Of a DNA stretch of 45,599 nt, positions 37,005-45,599 are shown one piece after another; positions within the stretch are counted from its first letter, which is position 1, and every line of letters starts with the position of its first letter. This DNA comes from a virus (taxonomy: Duplodnaviria > Caudoviricetes), in IMG/VR virus record IMGVR_UViG_3300017911_001692, positions 1 through 45,599 of that record; one strand, 5' to 3'. The translations under genes and the position numbers were made by a program. The notes beneath the pieces were generated by a model that ran no database searches, had not been told where the DNA came from, and saw only the letters and a list, made by a program, of their open reading frames with translations.

Positions 37005-38309
37005 TCAAAATGGATCATAATCGTGCGATGCCCTGCCATAGCCTTTAGCTGGCCTGTCGAGCACCGACACCTTCGGCGCCACGGGTGCAGCAAACGTCAG
37101 AGCCAGAGCATCAGCCAAGTCAGGCGAGCGCATCCCGCGTTCCTTGATCTTCTCTTTAGGCTCCAGGACCAGCTTGCCAGCCTCGTTGAACTTGTATGTC
37201 GGCACACTGAGATCAGTCTTGAGATCGCGGTGATTAGGGATTGCCCCGCCTGACTTGATCCAGTCTGCCATCTCACACCACATCTCTGTGCGCTTGTTGA
37301 GATAGCGCTGATTGGCCGCCTTGCCGCCAAAGTTCACCTCGACCACAGAATGCCCCAGCTGGCGCAGTCGATCGATCACGCCCTCGCCGCGCCCGGCATC
37401 GACAAACACTGCATCCGGTTTCCACTCGTTAATGAAATGCCCGACCCGGTTCGCCAGATCCATGTTATCGATATCGTCATACACAGCAGGCTCATGCGCT
37501 TGCAGGCCCTGACGCTTGAAGATCACGCTCCTGTCATCGCCAAAGCGGGCCACATCCACGCCCATAACCTTGGCCGATAGGTGATAGTCCATCGCATCAA
37601 TATGCTTCCCAGCGGCGTCCGTGATCGCGTCAATCGGGATCAGCACATTCTCAGCCGAGGCCGAGAAGTCGCACAGCATTTCCTGGCGATACTGGTTTTC
37701 CGTCATCATCTTGCGCGCCAGCTCAAGCTCATCCGGATCAAGCGCGTCAGTGTCAGTCACGTCATAGCACGCCGCAAACCAATCATCATCACGCACAGCC
37801 AGATCATAGATTTCCTTGAACTGGTTCATGCCCTTCGGCGTGCCGATAAACAGGGCCCAGCCCATGCGGTCAGCAATCGCAGGACGAATAACCTCGCCCC
37901 ACGTCGATGCCTTCATGTCGGCATACTCGTCAAACACCACACCATCGAGATACAGCCCGCGCATGCTGTCTGGATTGTCAGCGCCATAAAGCTGGATGCG
38001 AGCGCCATTGTGCTTGAAATCAACACGAAGCTCGCTCTCATTGTAAGCCACGCCTGGGATCATATGCGTAAATTCTTTGAGATACCCCCACGAAATCTGC
38101 TTGGCCTGCGTCCGATAAGGCGCAATGTACGCAAACCTTGGAGCCTTCTTTTTTGACCTCAGCGCCGCATCCACCAGCGAGTTAATCGCAAGAACCGTCT
38201 TACCACCACGGCGATGAACGACCAGCACGCTGAAGCGCTTCATACTCTTGTGGATGTTTGCCTGCCACGGTCTGGGCTCATAACCGGTGCTAATCGTCCT
38301 GACTGCCAC
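37005..38309 (-). CDS. terL: Terminase large subunit
   Basis: PRPWQ, HRRGGKT, RGLYLDGVVFDE, IGTPKG, GVDVARFGDD, SPDLADAL. Confidence 0.95.
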   Translation of the reverse strand: MAVRTISTGYEPRPWQANIHKSMKRFSVLVVHRRGGKTVLAINSLVDAALRSKKKAPRFAYIAPYRTQAKQISWGYLKEFTHMIPGVAYNESELRVDFKHNGARIQLYGADNPDSMRGLYLDGVVFDEYADMKASTWGEVIRPAIADRMGWALFIGTPKGMNQFKEIYDLAVRDDDWFAACYDVTDTDALDPDELELARKMMTENQYRQEMLCDFSASAENVLIPIDAITDAAGKHIDAMDYHLSAKVMGVDVARFGDDRSVIFKRQGLQAHEPAVYDDIDNMDLANRVGHFINEWKPDAVFVDAGRGEGVIDRLRQLGHSVVEVNFGGKAANQRYLNKRTEMWCEMADWIKSGGAIPNHRDLKTDLSVPTYKFNEAGKLVLEPKEKIKERGMRSPDLADALALTFAAPVAPKVSVLDRPAKGYGRASHDYDPF

Positions 38310-38572
38310 TAGGCATCACCGGGTGCATTACCAATACCTGTCACGACGTTCAAACTGAGATCACCCTCGACTGTTGTTTTGACCTCAGTGGGTATGATCT
38401 TCGCCACCAGTGCAGCGTAGGCCTTCGGTTGCGTCTCGGCCAAATTCCTTAACCAAGCCTTGCCACCGACCTCATCAAGGCTTTCACGCATAAGCTCACG
38501 CATGCACTGAGTGACCTTGTTCTTCGAACCCTTTGGCCGACCAGGGCCCGGCTTGCCTCTGTTGCCTGCCAT
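38309..38572 (-). CDS. Probable terminase small subunit
   Basis: GPGRPKGSKNK N-terminus; directly upstream of terL. Confidence 0.7.
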   Translation of the reverse strand: MAGNRGKPGPGRPKGSKNKVTQCMRELMRESLDEVGGKAWLRNLAETQPKAYAALVAKIIPTEVKTTVEGDLSLNVVTGIGNAPGDA

Positions 38573-38625
38573 TTCGTTTAAATCCGTTTCTTAATTTTTA
38601 CCCTATTGACTAAATATCACGGATA

Positions 38626-38991
38626 TCAGCTCAATTCAAGGCCGGTTTTATTGAGATCTTGCTCCAACAATTTCAGCGCCAGATCATCCGTATCGAATAC
38701 CCGGTTCAAAACATCGGCACACGTCTCGCCATTCTGCTCTGCGATCTGCTTCACCTGACGCAATGACCTGCGTGACAGTTTCTTCGTGATAGCTGGCAAA
38801 ACAGTACCAGGCTTGAGCATCCATAGCAGATATTTCGCAGGCCCAATCTTTTGTTCCTTCGCCCGTAAGCCATTCTCCCTCGCCCACACTCTGGCGCTGT
38901 TAATCCCCGCAATCTCGACCACAACAAAATCACCCGGCGTAATCTCCCACCATGGATATCGACCCTGCTTATTCGTTTTGAACATTTTCAT
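38626..38991 (-). CDS. Hypothetical protein, possible DNA-binding regulator
   Basis: GAGG RBS before ATG 38991; GRYPWWEITPGDFV motif; C-terminus may be ribbon-helix-helix-like. Confidence 0.55.
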   Translation of the reverse strand: MKMFKTNKQGRYPWWEITPGDFVVVEIAGINSARVWARENGLRAKEQKIGPAKYLLWMLKPGTVLPAITKKLSRRSLRQVKQIAEQNGETCADVLNRVFDTDDLALKLLEQDLNKTGLELS

Positions 38992-39327
38992 TTTCGTTGC
39001 CTCGCTAAAAAACAATATTCCCAAACACTAACAACGCGCCCAAACAACAACAACCCCAAACATTGAGTTATCCACAGCATCGTGTGCCACGCTACCACGG
39101 CAGTAGTTTTTTTGCATTTGGGAAATTTTAAAAAGGTAATTAATGCGAAAAAATCAACATCCCTGAACCCCAACAGCCATAAGGGATACAGAGAACTATA
39201 TATTAAAAAAAATAATTATTTTACTAATTTCCTTACTGTGTATGTTCTTGTTCTCAGTGTTGGTCTGCTTCCCTCTCTCTATTACGGTGCCCGGAAATTT
39301 AGAAAATAATTCCCCTATGCCCCACAA

Positions 39328-39610
39328 ATCGCCCGCCATCATTGAGATGTAGAAGAATAGTATTCGGCAAAAAAAATCTTTCCCAAATGCAATTATGGAA
39401 AATAACCCCCCCTCCCGTTGACAGAACCTCAATACGTAAGTCTCTCCCCATATTATACAGCACAGAAATTTGTAAAATAACTCGGCTCCTATCTCAGATC
39501 GCCCGCCATCATTACGATCTGGAATTTTAGTAAAATTACTTTTTCAATTTTCCCAAATGCAAAAATGTAAAAAGTGCTGCCTACCCCGTTGACATGAACT
39601 CAATACGCAG
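39328..39610 (+). repeat. Degenerate ~170-bp-period tandem duplication in the AT-rich divergent control region
   Basis: atcgcccgccatcatt (39328/39498), tcccaaatgcaa (39381/39551), ccgttgaca-N-ctcaatacg (39418/39589). Confidence 0.85.
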
Positions 39611-39646
39611 TATGGGTGGTCAGGCACAAAAAAATAAAGGTGGAAC

Positions 39647-39970
39647 ATGAATAACCCTACAATCGCCCAGGTAAAGCGTGCCGTCATGGATGTATTTGGC
39701 ATCACGCGTGACCAGTTGGAGAGCAAATCACGCACTCAGAAAGTGGTCAGACCGCGCCATATTGCTATCCATATGTGCCTGCTCAGGACCCTCAGATCGA
39801 CGACACAGATCGGCCTGAGCTTTGGCCACAACGATCATACGACAGTTCTCTATGTGAAGCGCAAGATGCCGAAATGGACGGCACGCGATGCCAGATTGGT
39901 CGAGGAGATTGCCAGCGTATCGAGGCGCTTGGATGAAATCATGGGGGCTGGCGATGCAGCTTCTGCCTAA
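39647..39970 (+). CDS. DnaA domain IV-like HTH protein
   Basis: V..VFGITRDQL.SKSR...VVRPRHIAI..C...T..S...IG..FG..DHTTVLY. Confidence 0.85.
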   Translation: MNNPTIAQVKRAVMDVFGITRDQLESKSRTQKVVRPRHIAIHMCLLRTLRSTTQIGLSFGHNDHTTVLYVKRKMPKWTARDARLVEEIASVSRRLDEIMGAGDAASA

Positions 39971-40256
39971 ATTACGTTTCTTTATCCCGATTGAGGAAGC
40001 CGCCACACCCACGATTGGCGAAGTGGTACGCAATCAATACTGGTCTGTGCATCCTGAATATGGACTGGTGTTCTCAGACGATGGCGCTTTGTTGCCGCAA
40101 TATGCCGAAAGCAAATACGCTGCCCGCATGACCATTGAGCTTTTCAACCCCGACTGTGAGACACGCAAAATCCCAGAGGTGTATCTGGAACATGCTTACA
40201 TTGCAGCCCACAGGATGCGCATTGAACAGATGTTTGAGTCAGGTGAGCTGATATGA
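39954..40256 (+). CDS. Hypothetical protein
   Basis: GGGGG RBS before ATG 39954; coupled to the next gene. Confidence 0.6.
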   Translation: MQLLPKLRFFIPIEEAATPTIGEVVRNQYWSVHPEYGLVFSDDGALLPQYAESKYAARMTIELFNPDCETRKIPEVYLEHAYIAAHRMRIEQMFESGELI

Positions 40257-40495
40257 AATTTCGCCCCCCATATGTCAGAAGAAAGGAAACCAACATGTAC
40301 ACAGTTACATTAGAAATAGACGTAAACACTGAATATAAATTGCAGGGCACACTCCCTGCTGAGTGTGTCGAGGCGTTCTGCCGCGGCGTAATGCGTGACG
40401 GCATTGAGCTGGCCGACGATGAAAATCATACGTGGTTCGGCAGAACATTCGTGCGGCCACAGGCTGTTTATCTAAAGGGGCACAATAAGTTATGA
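40253..40495 (+). CDS. Hypothetical protein (MKFRPP start; alternative start at 40295)
   Basis: ATGA-coupled ORF; AAGGA precedes the internal Met. Confidence 0.6.
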   Translation: MKFRPPYVRRKETNMYTVTLEIDVNTEYKLQGTLPAECVEAFCRGVMRDGIELADDENHTWFGRTFVRPQAVYLKGHNKL

Positions 40496-40689
40496 AATTT
40501 CGCCCCCCAACTGTAGCCAAACTAAGGGAGGATGTTATCCTTATGGATAATCATGGATTTGTATATAGAGGCCGACGCATTGACGGTGGTTGGTCAATTT
40601 ATGGCCGGAAGGCCTATGTCCCCACCTTTGACGATGACGACCTACATGGATGGATACCGCTGCCGCCACAGGAGAACGAAAATGAGTAA
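40492..40689 (+). CDS. Small hypothetical protein with DUF551-like C-terminus
   Basis: MKFRPP start; ends HGWIPLPP. Confidence 0.6.
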   Translation: MKFRPPTVAKLREDVILMDNHGFVYRGRRIDGGWSIYGRKAYVPTFDDDDLHGWIPLPPQENENE

Positions 40690-40864
40690 CGTCCCTAATT
40701 GCACAGAGTGCGGTAAGTTTATGCCGTGGGCTCGTTATGAAGAAAAGTATGTATTTGGTCAGTGTTATTGGAACGGACCTGACGTAATCGAAATAGGGAT
40801 TTGTGAAAAATGCGAACGAAAGATGAGTTCTGATGGTAAATCGGAATCGGAGCACGCCGCATGA
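40682..40864 (+). CDS. Small Zn-finger protein
   Basis: AGGAG RBS; CTEC...CEKC. Confidence 0.6.
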   Translation: MSNVPNCTECGKFMPWARYEEKYVFGQCYWNGPDVIEIGICEKCERKMSSDGKSESEHAA

Positions 40865-41052
40865 CTTGGCAACCGATAGAAACAGCGCCTTGGGACAAGT
40901 TTGTGCTGCTGTGCGTAGATAGCGGGTACAAAACCCCAGATAAAGATTTTGTGCAGTGTATTCGGCATTCGAACGCTTACAAAAACGGGTCTTGGGTAAC
41001 GGCACAGAAGGTGTGTATCCCGTACGCATACGTTGATTTTAACCCCGCCTAA
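40861..41052 (+). CDS. DUF551-like protein, possibly truncated
   Basis: MTWQPIETAPWDK; lacks the usual W.PLP ending. Confidence 0.55.
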   Translation: MTWQPIETAPWDKFVLLCVDSGYKTPDKDFVQCIRHSNAYKNGSWVTAQKVCIPYAYVDFNPA

Positions 41053-41101
41053 ATGCGATTCATGACTTACGAATTGTTCTGGTTTCTCTTTGGATTAAAA
41101 A

Positions 41102-42007
41102 ATGACGTTGGCCCCACAGGAACTAAGCGAACATCGACTTGAGCTTCATATGGATATTACCCGTCCGGTAGAGCTTACTGATTTGACACTGTCATTTATG
41201 GCATTTGGGCGCGAATACAGACGCCACCTGTCCCAAACCGTCAGAGCCAAGGGTGGGACGATAAAAGACGCAGAAATCAAGCTGTATGTTACTCGCCTTG
41301 AAACCGGATCGATATGGGCCGAAATTGCTGGAGCTTCTGAGTTTCTTGGAGCCCTAGTGGCCGTCATGGATTACCAAGTAATTTTCTTGGACTATCTCAA
41401 TCACCTAAAGACCGTGACCGCCTACTTTAAGGGTATCGGAAAGAAGGGTAAGGTGGACCCTTCAGATGTTCCATACAACAAAGCACAGTGCGATAGCATC
41501 GCGGATATTTTCAAAACTGTCTCTGAAAACACGGATGGCAATCTTAATCTGAGCGCAATTGAGTATAGCTCGACTAAGACGAAGGCCACAAAAAAAACAA
41601 ACCTTACAATTACTTTTGGATCGGAAGAAAGCATTGAGATTCGGCGCGGTGCTATGATTGCGAAACAAGCGCTTGAATATCGAGGAAGCGCCCAACACGA
41701 AAATGTGCTGATGTACTACTACCAGACCAATACAGATGAGCCAAAATCGGAAGGACGAACCGGAGATAAGGTAGTAATTTCATCTGTATCTGAGCAACCG
41801 CTGCCAGTGCATTTTCTGTCAGAAATTGATAAGGCCCGCATCCAGGCGTCTTGGGATGATCCAGCCTTTAACCCATTTAAAGCGTCATATCGCGTCGATG
41901 TTAATGTAGAGCAGGACCGCAATTCGAAGCCTCGCTACTATCGGGTTGTTCGTTTGCATGAGATATTACCTGATGAGGCAGATCTAGTTGACGCCGATGA
42001 GCTCTAA
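41102..42007 (+). CDS. AT-richer moron-like hypothetical protein (301 aa)
   Basis: Long clean ORF, compositionally distinct; PVELTDLTLSF...KLYVTRLETGSI N-terminal domain and beta-rich C-terminus. Confidence 0.75.
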   Translation: MTLAPQELSEHRLELHMDITRPVELTDLTLSFMAFGREYRRHLSQTVRAKGGTIKDAEIKLYVTRLETGSIWAEIAGASEFLGALVAVMDYQVIFLDYLNHLKTVTAYFKGIGKKGKVDPSDVPYNKAQCDSIADIFKTVSENTDGNLNLSAIEYSSTKTKATKKTNLTITFGSEESIEIRRGAMIAKQALEYRGSAQHENVLMYYYQTNTDEPKSEGRTGDKVVISSVSEQPLPVHFLSEIDKARIQASWDDPAFNPFKASYRVDVNVEQDRNSKPRYYRVVRLHEILPDEADLVDADEL

Positions 42008-42364
42008 AACCTGATCAATCCCATCTTTAGGAGATCGTGCCACCACGACGTGAACTTCATGACCCAGCAATTTCAGAACAGCATGCCAGTCAGCCTGGGC
42101 AGTCGAGACCCGGCCACCCTTGCGCTTCAATTCGATTTGGACTGTACGCCCGCCCCTGAGATAAATTTTCAGGTCGCATTTCCCTCGATCCATGCCAGCG
42201 GCCTTGGCCTTACCTGCTTGTCCTTTTGTCAGCTTTACGCCGTCGAGCCCGACCTCGAAAAGGATGTTTTTCTGACGGAGTTCTCTTACGATGGCGGCTT
42301 GGATATCAGCTTCGAGCCAATTAACTGTCTCGTCAGCCCAATGGTGTTTTAAAAGTTTTGACAT
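41984..42364 (-). CDS. VRR-NUC domain nuclease (resolvase-like)
   Basis: LEADIQAAIV...GMDRGKCDL...IELKRKGGRVSTAQ..W...L..LG..V.V. Confidence 0.88.
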   Translation of the reverse strand: MSKLLKHHWADETVNWLEADIQAAIVRELRQKNILFEVGLDGVKLTKGQAGKAKAAGMDRGKCDLKIYLRGGRTVQIELKRKGGRVSTAQADWHAVLKLLGHEVHVVVARSPKDGIDQVLELIGVN

Positions 42365-42369
42365 GCATA

Positions 42370-42426
42370 TTGATATAGCGACAATTTGACGTTGACGAAA
42401 GAGTATATTAATTGATATGATGTCAA
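42370..42426. promoter_or_regulatory. Divergent promoter region with two TTGA-N7-WCAA sites
   Basis: ttgatatagcgacaa 42370-42384; ttgatatgatgtcaa 42412-42426; TTGACG hexamers between them. Confidence 0.65.
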
Positions 42427-42442
42427 TTACGGAGTATAATTC

Positions 42443-42796
42443 ATGGCCAGATATTACATCGATTATTATTTACGCCATGAAACAATGAAACGTGAGCCAG
42501 AAGCCGCCGACTTCCCGATCTGCGACGAACACAAAATCATTGGCTATGCCTCGGGAGAAGATGAAGCCAAGGCATGTGTCGAGGCCCTGAACAAAATGGA
42601 GAGTAATAAAAAAATGGTAGATCCTACAGACGAAGAAAAGCACCTTCTCGAAACCGCCAGCAGAAATGGCGGCGAGTATCTTGAGTCGATTGGAAAGACA
42701 GACTTGGCTCAAATGACAAAAGATGAATGGATGACATTTATTGAGGTTGTGGTGACTGGTTATATTGAGCATTACGAAACGTATGTACCGTTTTAA
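42443..42796 (+). CDS. DUF6511-like phage protein
   Basis: GGEYLESIGKTDLAQMTKDEWMTFIEVVVTGY...VPF; GGAG RBS. Confidence 0.7.
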   Translation: MARYYIDYYLRHETMKREPEAADFPICDEHKIIGYASGEDEAKACVEALNKMESNKKMVDPTDEEKHLLETASRNGGEYLESIGKTDLAQMTKDEWMTFIEVVVTGYIEHYETYVPF

Positions 42797-42801
42797 TTGT
42801 T

Positions 42802-43434
42802 ATGAAAAAGTTTGCTTTATTTTTGTTCGATTACACAACGAACGTCGCCCGGCCTTGGCGTGAGGCCGGTTATGAAACCCTGTCTATAGACATACAGCAC
42901 CCCCTGCGTGAGCGAGGTTCGCACATCCTGAATGTTGATCTGACGACAACGGGACCGCTACTTGTAGAACTGAAGCGCCGCGGCATCGGACTAGATGACA
43001 TCGCTTTCCTTGGTTGCTTTCCTGTATGCACGCATGTGGCGGTCAGCGGGGCGCGTGATTTTAAAATCAAGGGCCTCCGGGCATTGGCTCAAGCTGTGCA
43101 ATTTTTTGCCACTTGCAGAGAGATGGCTGAGCTGGTTTCGTGCGAATGGTTTATTGAAAACCCTGTTTCTAGCATGGCCAGCCATTGGCGCAAACCGGAT
43201 CACTATTTTAATCCGTCCGATTATACGGGCCTGTGCGCAGAGGATAATTACACCAAAAAAACCAGCCTGTGGACTAGTCCGGGCTTTGTGATGCCACCGC
43301 CTGTCAGAGACACAACACTCGGACCGCCTGACGACCGCATACACAAAGCGCCACCGACAAGCGACAGGGGCGACGTCAGGTCTGCATTCCCAGCTGGTTT
43401 TAGCCAAGCTGTTTTCGAGGCGAACAGGTTATGA
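42802..43434 (+). CDS. Short phage Dcm-like cytosine methyltransferase
   Basis: LFDYT...PWREAGY, FPVCTHVAVSGARDF, IENPV, YTKKTSLW, RSAFPAGFSQAVF. Confidence 0.75.
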   Translation: MKKFALFLFDYTTNVARPWREAGYETLSIDIQHPLRERGSHILNVDLTTTGPLLVELKRRGIGLDDIAFLGCFPVCTHVAVSGARDFKIKGLRALAQAVQFFATCREMAELVSCEWFIENPVSSMASHWRKPDHYFNPSDYTGLCAEDNYTKKTSLWTSPGFVMPPPVRDTTLGPPDDRIHKAPPTSDRGDVRSAFPAGFSQAVFEANRL

Positions 43435-45599
43435 AAAACCACGCTATTCTTTACGCCCAGAAATTTGGCTGGGCAGTGTTCCCGGTTCACGGGATACACC
43501 CTGACAAATTGACATGCACGTGCAACCAGCTCGATTGCGGCTCGCCAGGTAAGCACCCCGTGCAAATGGGTGGATTTAAGCAGGCAACCAAAGATCAGCG
43601 CCTGATCAATATGCTGTTCAAGGACCATTACAATATTGGTGTGGTGACGGGCGAGACGTCAGGTATATGGGTGCTGGACATTGATGGCGCCGAAGGCGAG
43701 GCCAGTCTGACAGCTTTGCAAAAGGCTTATGGTAACCTTCCTGCTACATTAATCCACCGTACGGGGAAAGGACGTCACCTTATCTTCCGGATGCCTTCCG
43801 ACGATATCCGCAATTCGACCAGCAAAATTGCACCCTCGATAGACGTGCGCGGGAATGGCGGGTATATCGTCGCCGCCCCGTCTCGTCATTCCTCTGGCGT
43901 CAGCTATAGGTTCGACGATATTGACCAGCCTATCGCAGACGCACCGCAATGGCTTCTGGATATGGTCGTCAGGAAGAAGGAAAAGCCTCAGTCCACAATC
44001 CTCTACACTGCCCCGGACACCAGCTCAGAGGCTGATATTATCTCAGCGCTCGACAGTCTGGACCCTGATATGCCGTATGATGATTGGGTCAAGGTGGGCA
44101 TGGCGCTGCATAGCGGTGGCCACAAGTTGGCGATCTGGGATCAGTGGTCAGCCAAAGGCGAGAAATACCATAACGGAGATTGCCGGAAGCGCTGGGGCGG
44201 TTTCAAGCCGAACGGCGACGTGTCAATGGGCACATTCTGGGACATGGCTTATTTGGCTGGCTGGGAGCGACCTTCCCCAGATGGCCCGCACCCGGCTCAG
44301 AGCTTTATCGACAAGATCAGGGCTGAGTATTATTCAGCCGACGAAGACCTTGCCGAAGACACACTCAGCGACACATTGCCAGACTTCCCGATTAGCCCGC
44401 TTGAGATTCCCGGACTGGTGGGGGATACGGTAAGAGATTGCTGTTCAAGCGCAATCAAACCCCAGCCCGTCATGTGTTTACTCAACACAATCGCCGCACT
44501 GGGTGCGGTGTTTGGCAGACGCTATGCCAGCCCATGGAAGACCCGCACAAACATTTACACAGTCGGACTGGCAGGCACGGGCGAGGGCAAAGATCACAGC
44601 CGTAAATACCTCAAGACACTTATGGTCAAAGCCGGGCTTAGCGAGTTTATCGGATCGGACGCCGTGGTTTCTGGCCCTGGTTTGCTGAAAAGCATATCAA
44701 ACAGCCCGGCCCAGATTATGATGCTTGATGAGATGGGCATGGTTCTTGAAGCTGTGGCTGATCGCAATGGGCCAAGCTATATGCGAGCCGTCAGCAAAAT
44801 ACTGACTGAGATGTACAGCTCGGCAAACTCTATCTATACAGGCGGACAGTACGCCAGTGACGCACAGGAACAAATCATTATCGAGTCACCCAATCTGTGC
44901 GTTTATGGGACATCGACAGTCGAGAAATATGCCGAGGCAATATCACGCAGCTCTATCGCATCGGGTGAATGGAACAGGTATATCGTCGCGCCAGGCGGTT
45001 CCCCGAAGCAAAGCCGGAACGTCAACACGAACGATCAACCGCCAGCCCTAGTTGCTGCGTGGGCGGCCCTGACGAAGGACAGCGCCGAGCCGAAGGGCAA
45101 TTTGCAGGGGCTTATCCCGACATCAGCACCAGAGCCGATCACCGTTAAATGGGACAGCGTCGAAGATCGGATCTACGATCTGGGCGATCTGGAAGACGAT
45201 CTGAAAGAGAAGCACAAGATCGACGGCACCGGCGCACTGTGGATGCGCATGCGTGAGAACACGATCAAGGTGGCCATGATCATGGCGATCAGTCGGAACC
45301 CCACATTCCCGGAGATCACAGAAGACGATCTCACTTTTGCCGAGCAGCTGGTGCAGTGGTCTGTCAGATATATGATATATCTCTCCCGTCAGCACATGGC
45401 AGACAGTCAGGCCGAGCAGGATTGCAATTTCATCATGACGATTGTAAGGCGAGCTGGTGCAAAGGGTATTACAAAAACAGAATTGAGCCGTGCCACTAAG
45501 AGCATGGGCAAAAGAAGACGAGACGAGGCTTTGGTGGATTTGGAAATAAATCAAGAGCGCCTGACAACGGCAGAAGTGCCGAAGAAAAACGGGCGTCCA
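43431..45599 (+). CDS. Bifunctional primase-polymerase fused to PriCT-2 and DUF3987-type P-loop helicase (~731 aa, continues to position 168)
   Basis: GWAVFPV, CTC...CGSPGKHP, NIGVVTG, VLDID, TGKGRHLIF, IDVRGNGGYIVAAPS.H; YDDWVKVGMALH; AGTGEGKD, MLDEMG. Absent from the ORF track because its stop lies across the join; frame spot-checked, not read in full. Confidence 0.88.
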   Translation, partial: MKNHAILYAQKFGWAVFPVHGIHPDKLTCTCNQLDCGSPGKHPVQMGGFKQATKDQRLINMLFKDHYNIGVVTGETSGIWVLDIDGAEGEASLTALQKAYGNLPATLIHRTGKGRHLIFRMPSDDIRNSTSKIAPSIDVRGNGGYIVAAPSRHSSGVSYRFDDIDQPIADAPQWLLDMVVRKKEKPQSTILYTAPDTSSEADIISALDSLDPDMPYDDWVKVGMALHSGGHKLAIWDQWSAKGEKYHNGDCRKRWGGFKPNGDVSMGTFWDMAYLAGWERPSPDGPHPAQSFIDKIRAEYYSADEDLAEDTLSDTLPDFPISPLEIPGLVGDTVRDCCSSAIKPQPVMCLLNTIAALGAVFGRRYASPWKTRTNIYTVGLAGTGEGKDHSRKYLKTLMVKAGLSEFIGSDAVVSGPGLLKSISNSPAQIMMLDEMGMVLEAVADRNGPSYMRAVSKILTEMYSSANSIYTGGQYASDAQEQIIIESPNLCVYGTSTVEKYAEAISRSSIASGEWNRYIVAPGGSPKQSRNVNTNDQPPALVAAWAALTKDSAEPKGNLQGLIPTSAPEPITVKWDSVEDRIYDLGDLEDDLKEKHKIDGTGALWMRMRENTIKVAMIMAISRNPTFPEITEDDLTFAEQLVQWSVRYMIYLSRQHMADSQAEQDCNFIMTIVRRAGAKGITKTELSRATKSMGKRRRDEALVDLEINQERLTTAEVPKKNGRP
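45459..45599. repeat. Terminal overlap, copy 2
   Basis: Identical to 1-141. Confidence 0.97.

Noticed and set aside
39082-39735. Short ORFs in the AT-rich control region
   Set aside because: Low-complexity translations overlapping repeats and operators, with no RBS
43855-45554. ORF-track entries 43855-44433, 44503-44688, 44857-45051 and 45123-45554
   Set aside because: Out-of-frame or antisense to the primase/helicase gene that occupies this interval

Overview
The window is an apparently complete, circularly assembled tailed-phage genome of about 45,458 bp. Positions 1-141 repeat exactly at 45459-45599, and the primase gene reads through that join. The minus strand (about 38991 to 10653) carries a podovirus morphogenesis operon with BPP-1/T7-type gene order: terminases, portal, scaffold, major capsid, cement, tail adaptor and nozzle, ejection proteins including a ~3,490-aa giant, tailspike, M15 endolysin and holin-like genes. 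The plus strand (39647 through the join to 10302) carries early, replication and accessory genes: Prim-Pol/helicase, metallophosphoesterase, Sak4-like ATPase, DUF669 SSB, Cas4-like nuclease, SF2 helicase, two cytosine methyltransferases and an ASCH protein. I recognised no integrase, DNA polymerase, RNA polymerase, tRNA, CRISPR array or reverse transcriptase. Most notable observations: (1) the giant injected protein is a string of enzyme-like cargo modules (ParB-like, ADP-ribosyltransferase-like, glycosylase-like and others) joined at a recurring 'LFQ' junction that is conserved at the DNA level (ACTATTYCAG, including a 17-bp perfect direct repeat), suggesting in-frame domain-cassette exchange; (2) three accessory genes share 5' leader and 3' trailer repeats, resembling a cassette array; (3) a C5 methyltransferase appears to encode its motif-IX subunit in an overlapping frame; (4) nine TTGA-N7-WCAA operator-like sites sit in the intergenic control regions. 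All protein family calls come from motif recognition by eye, not database searches.
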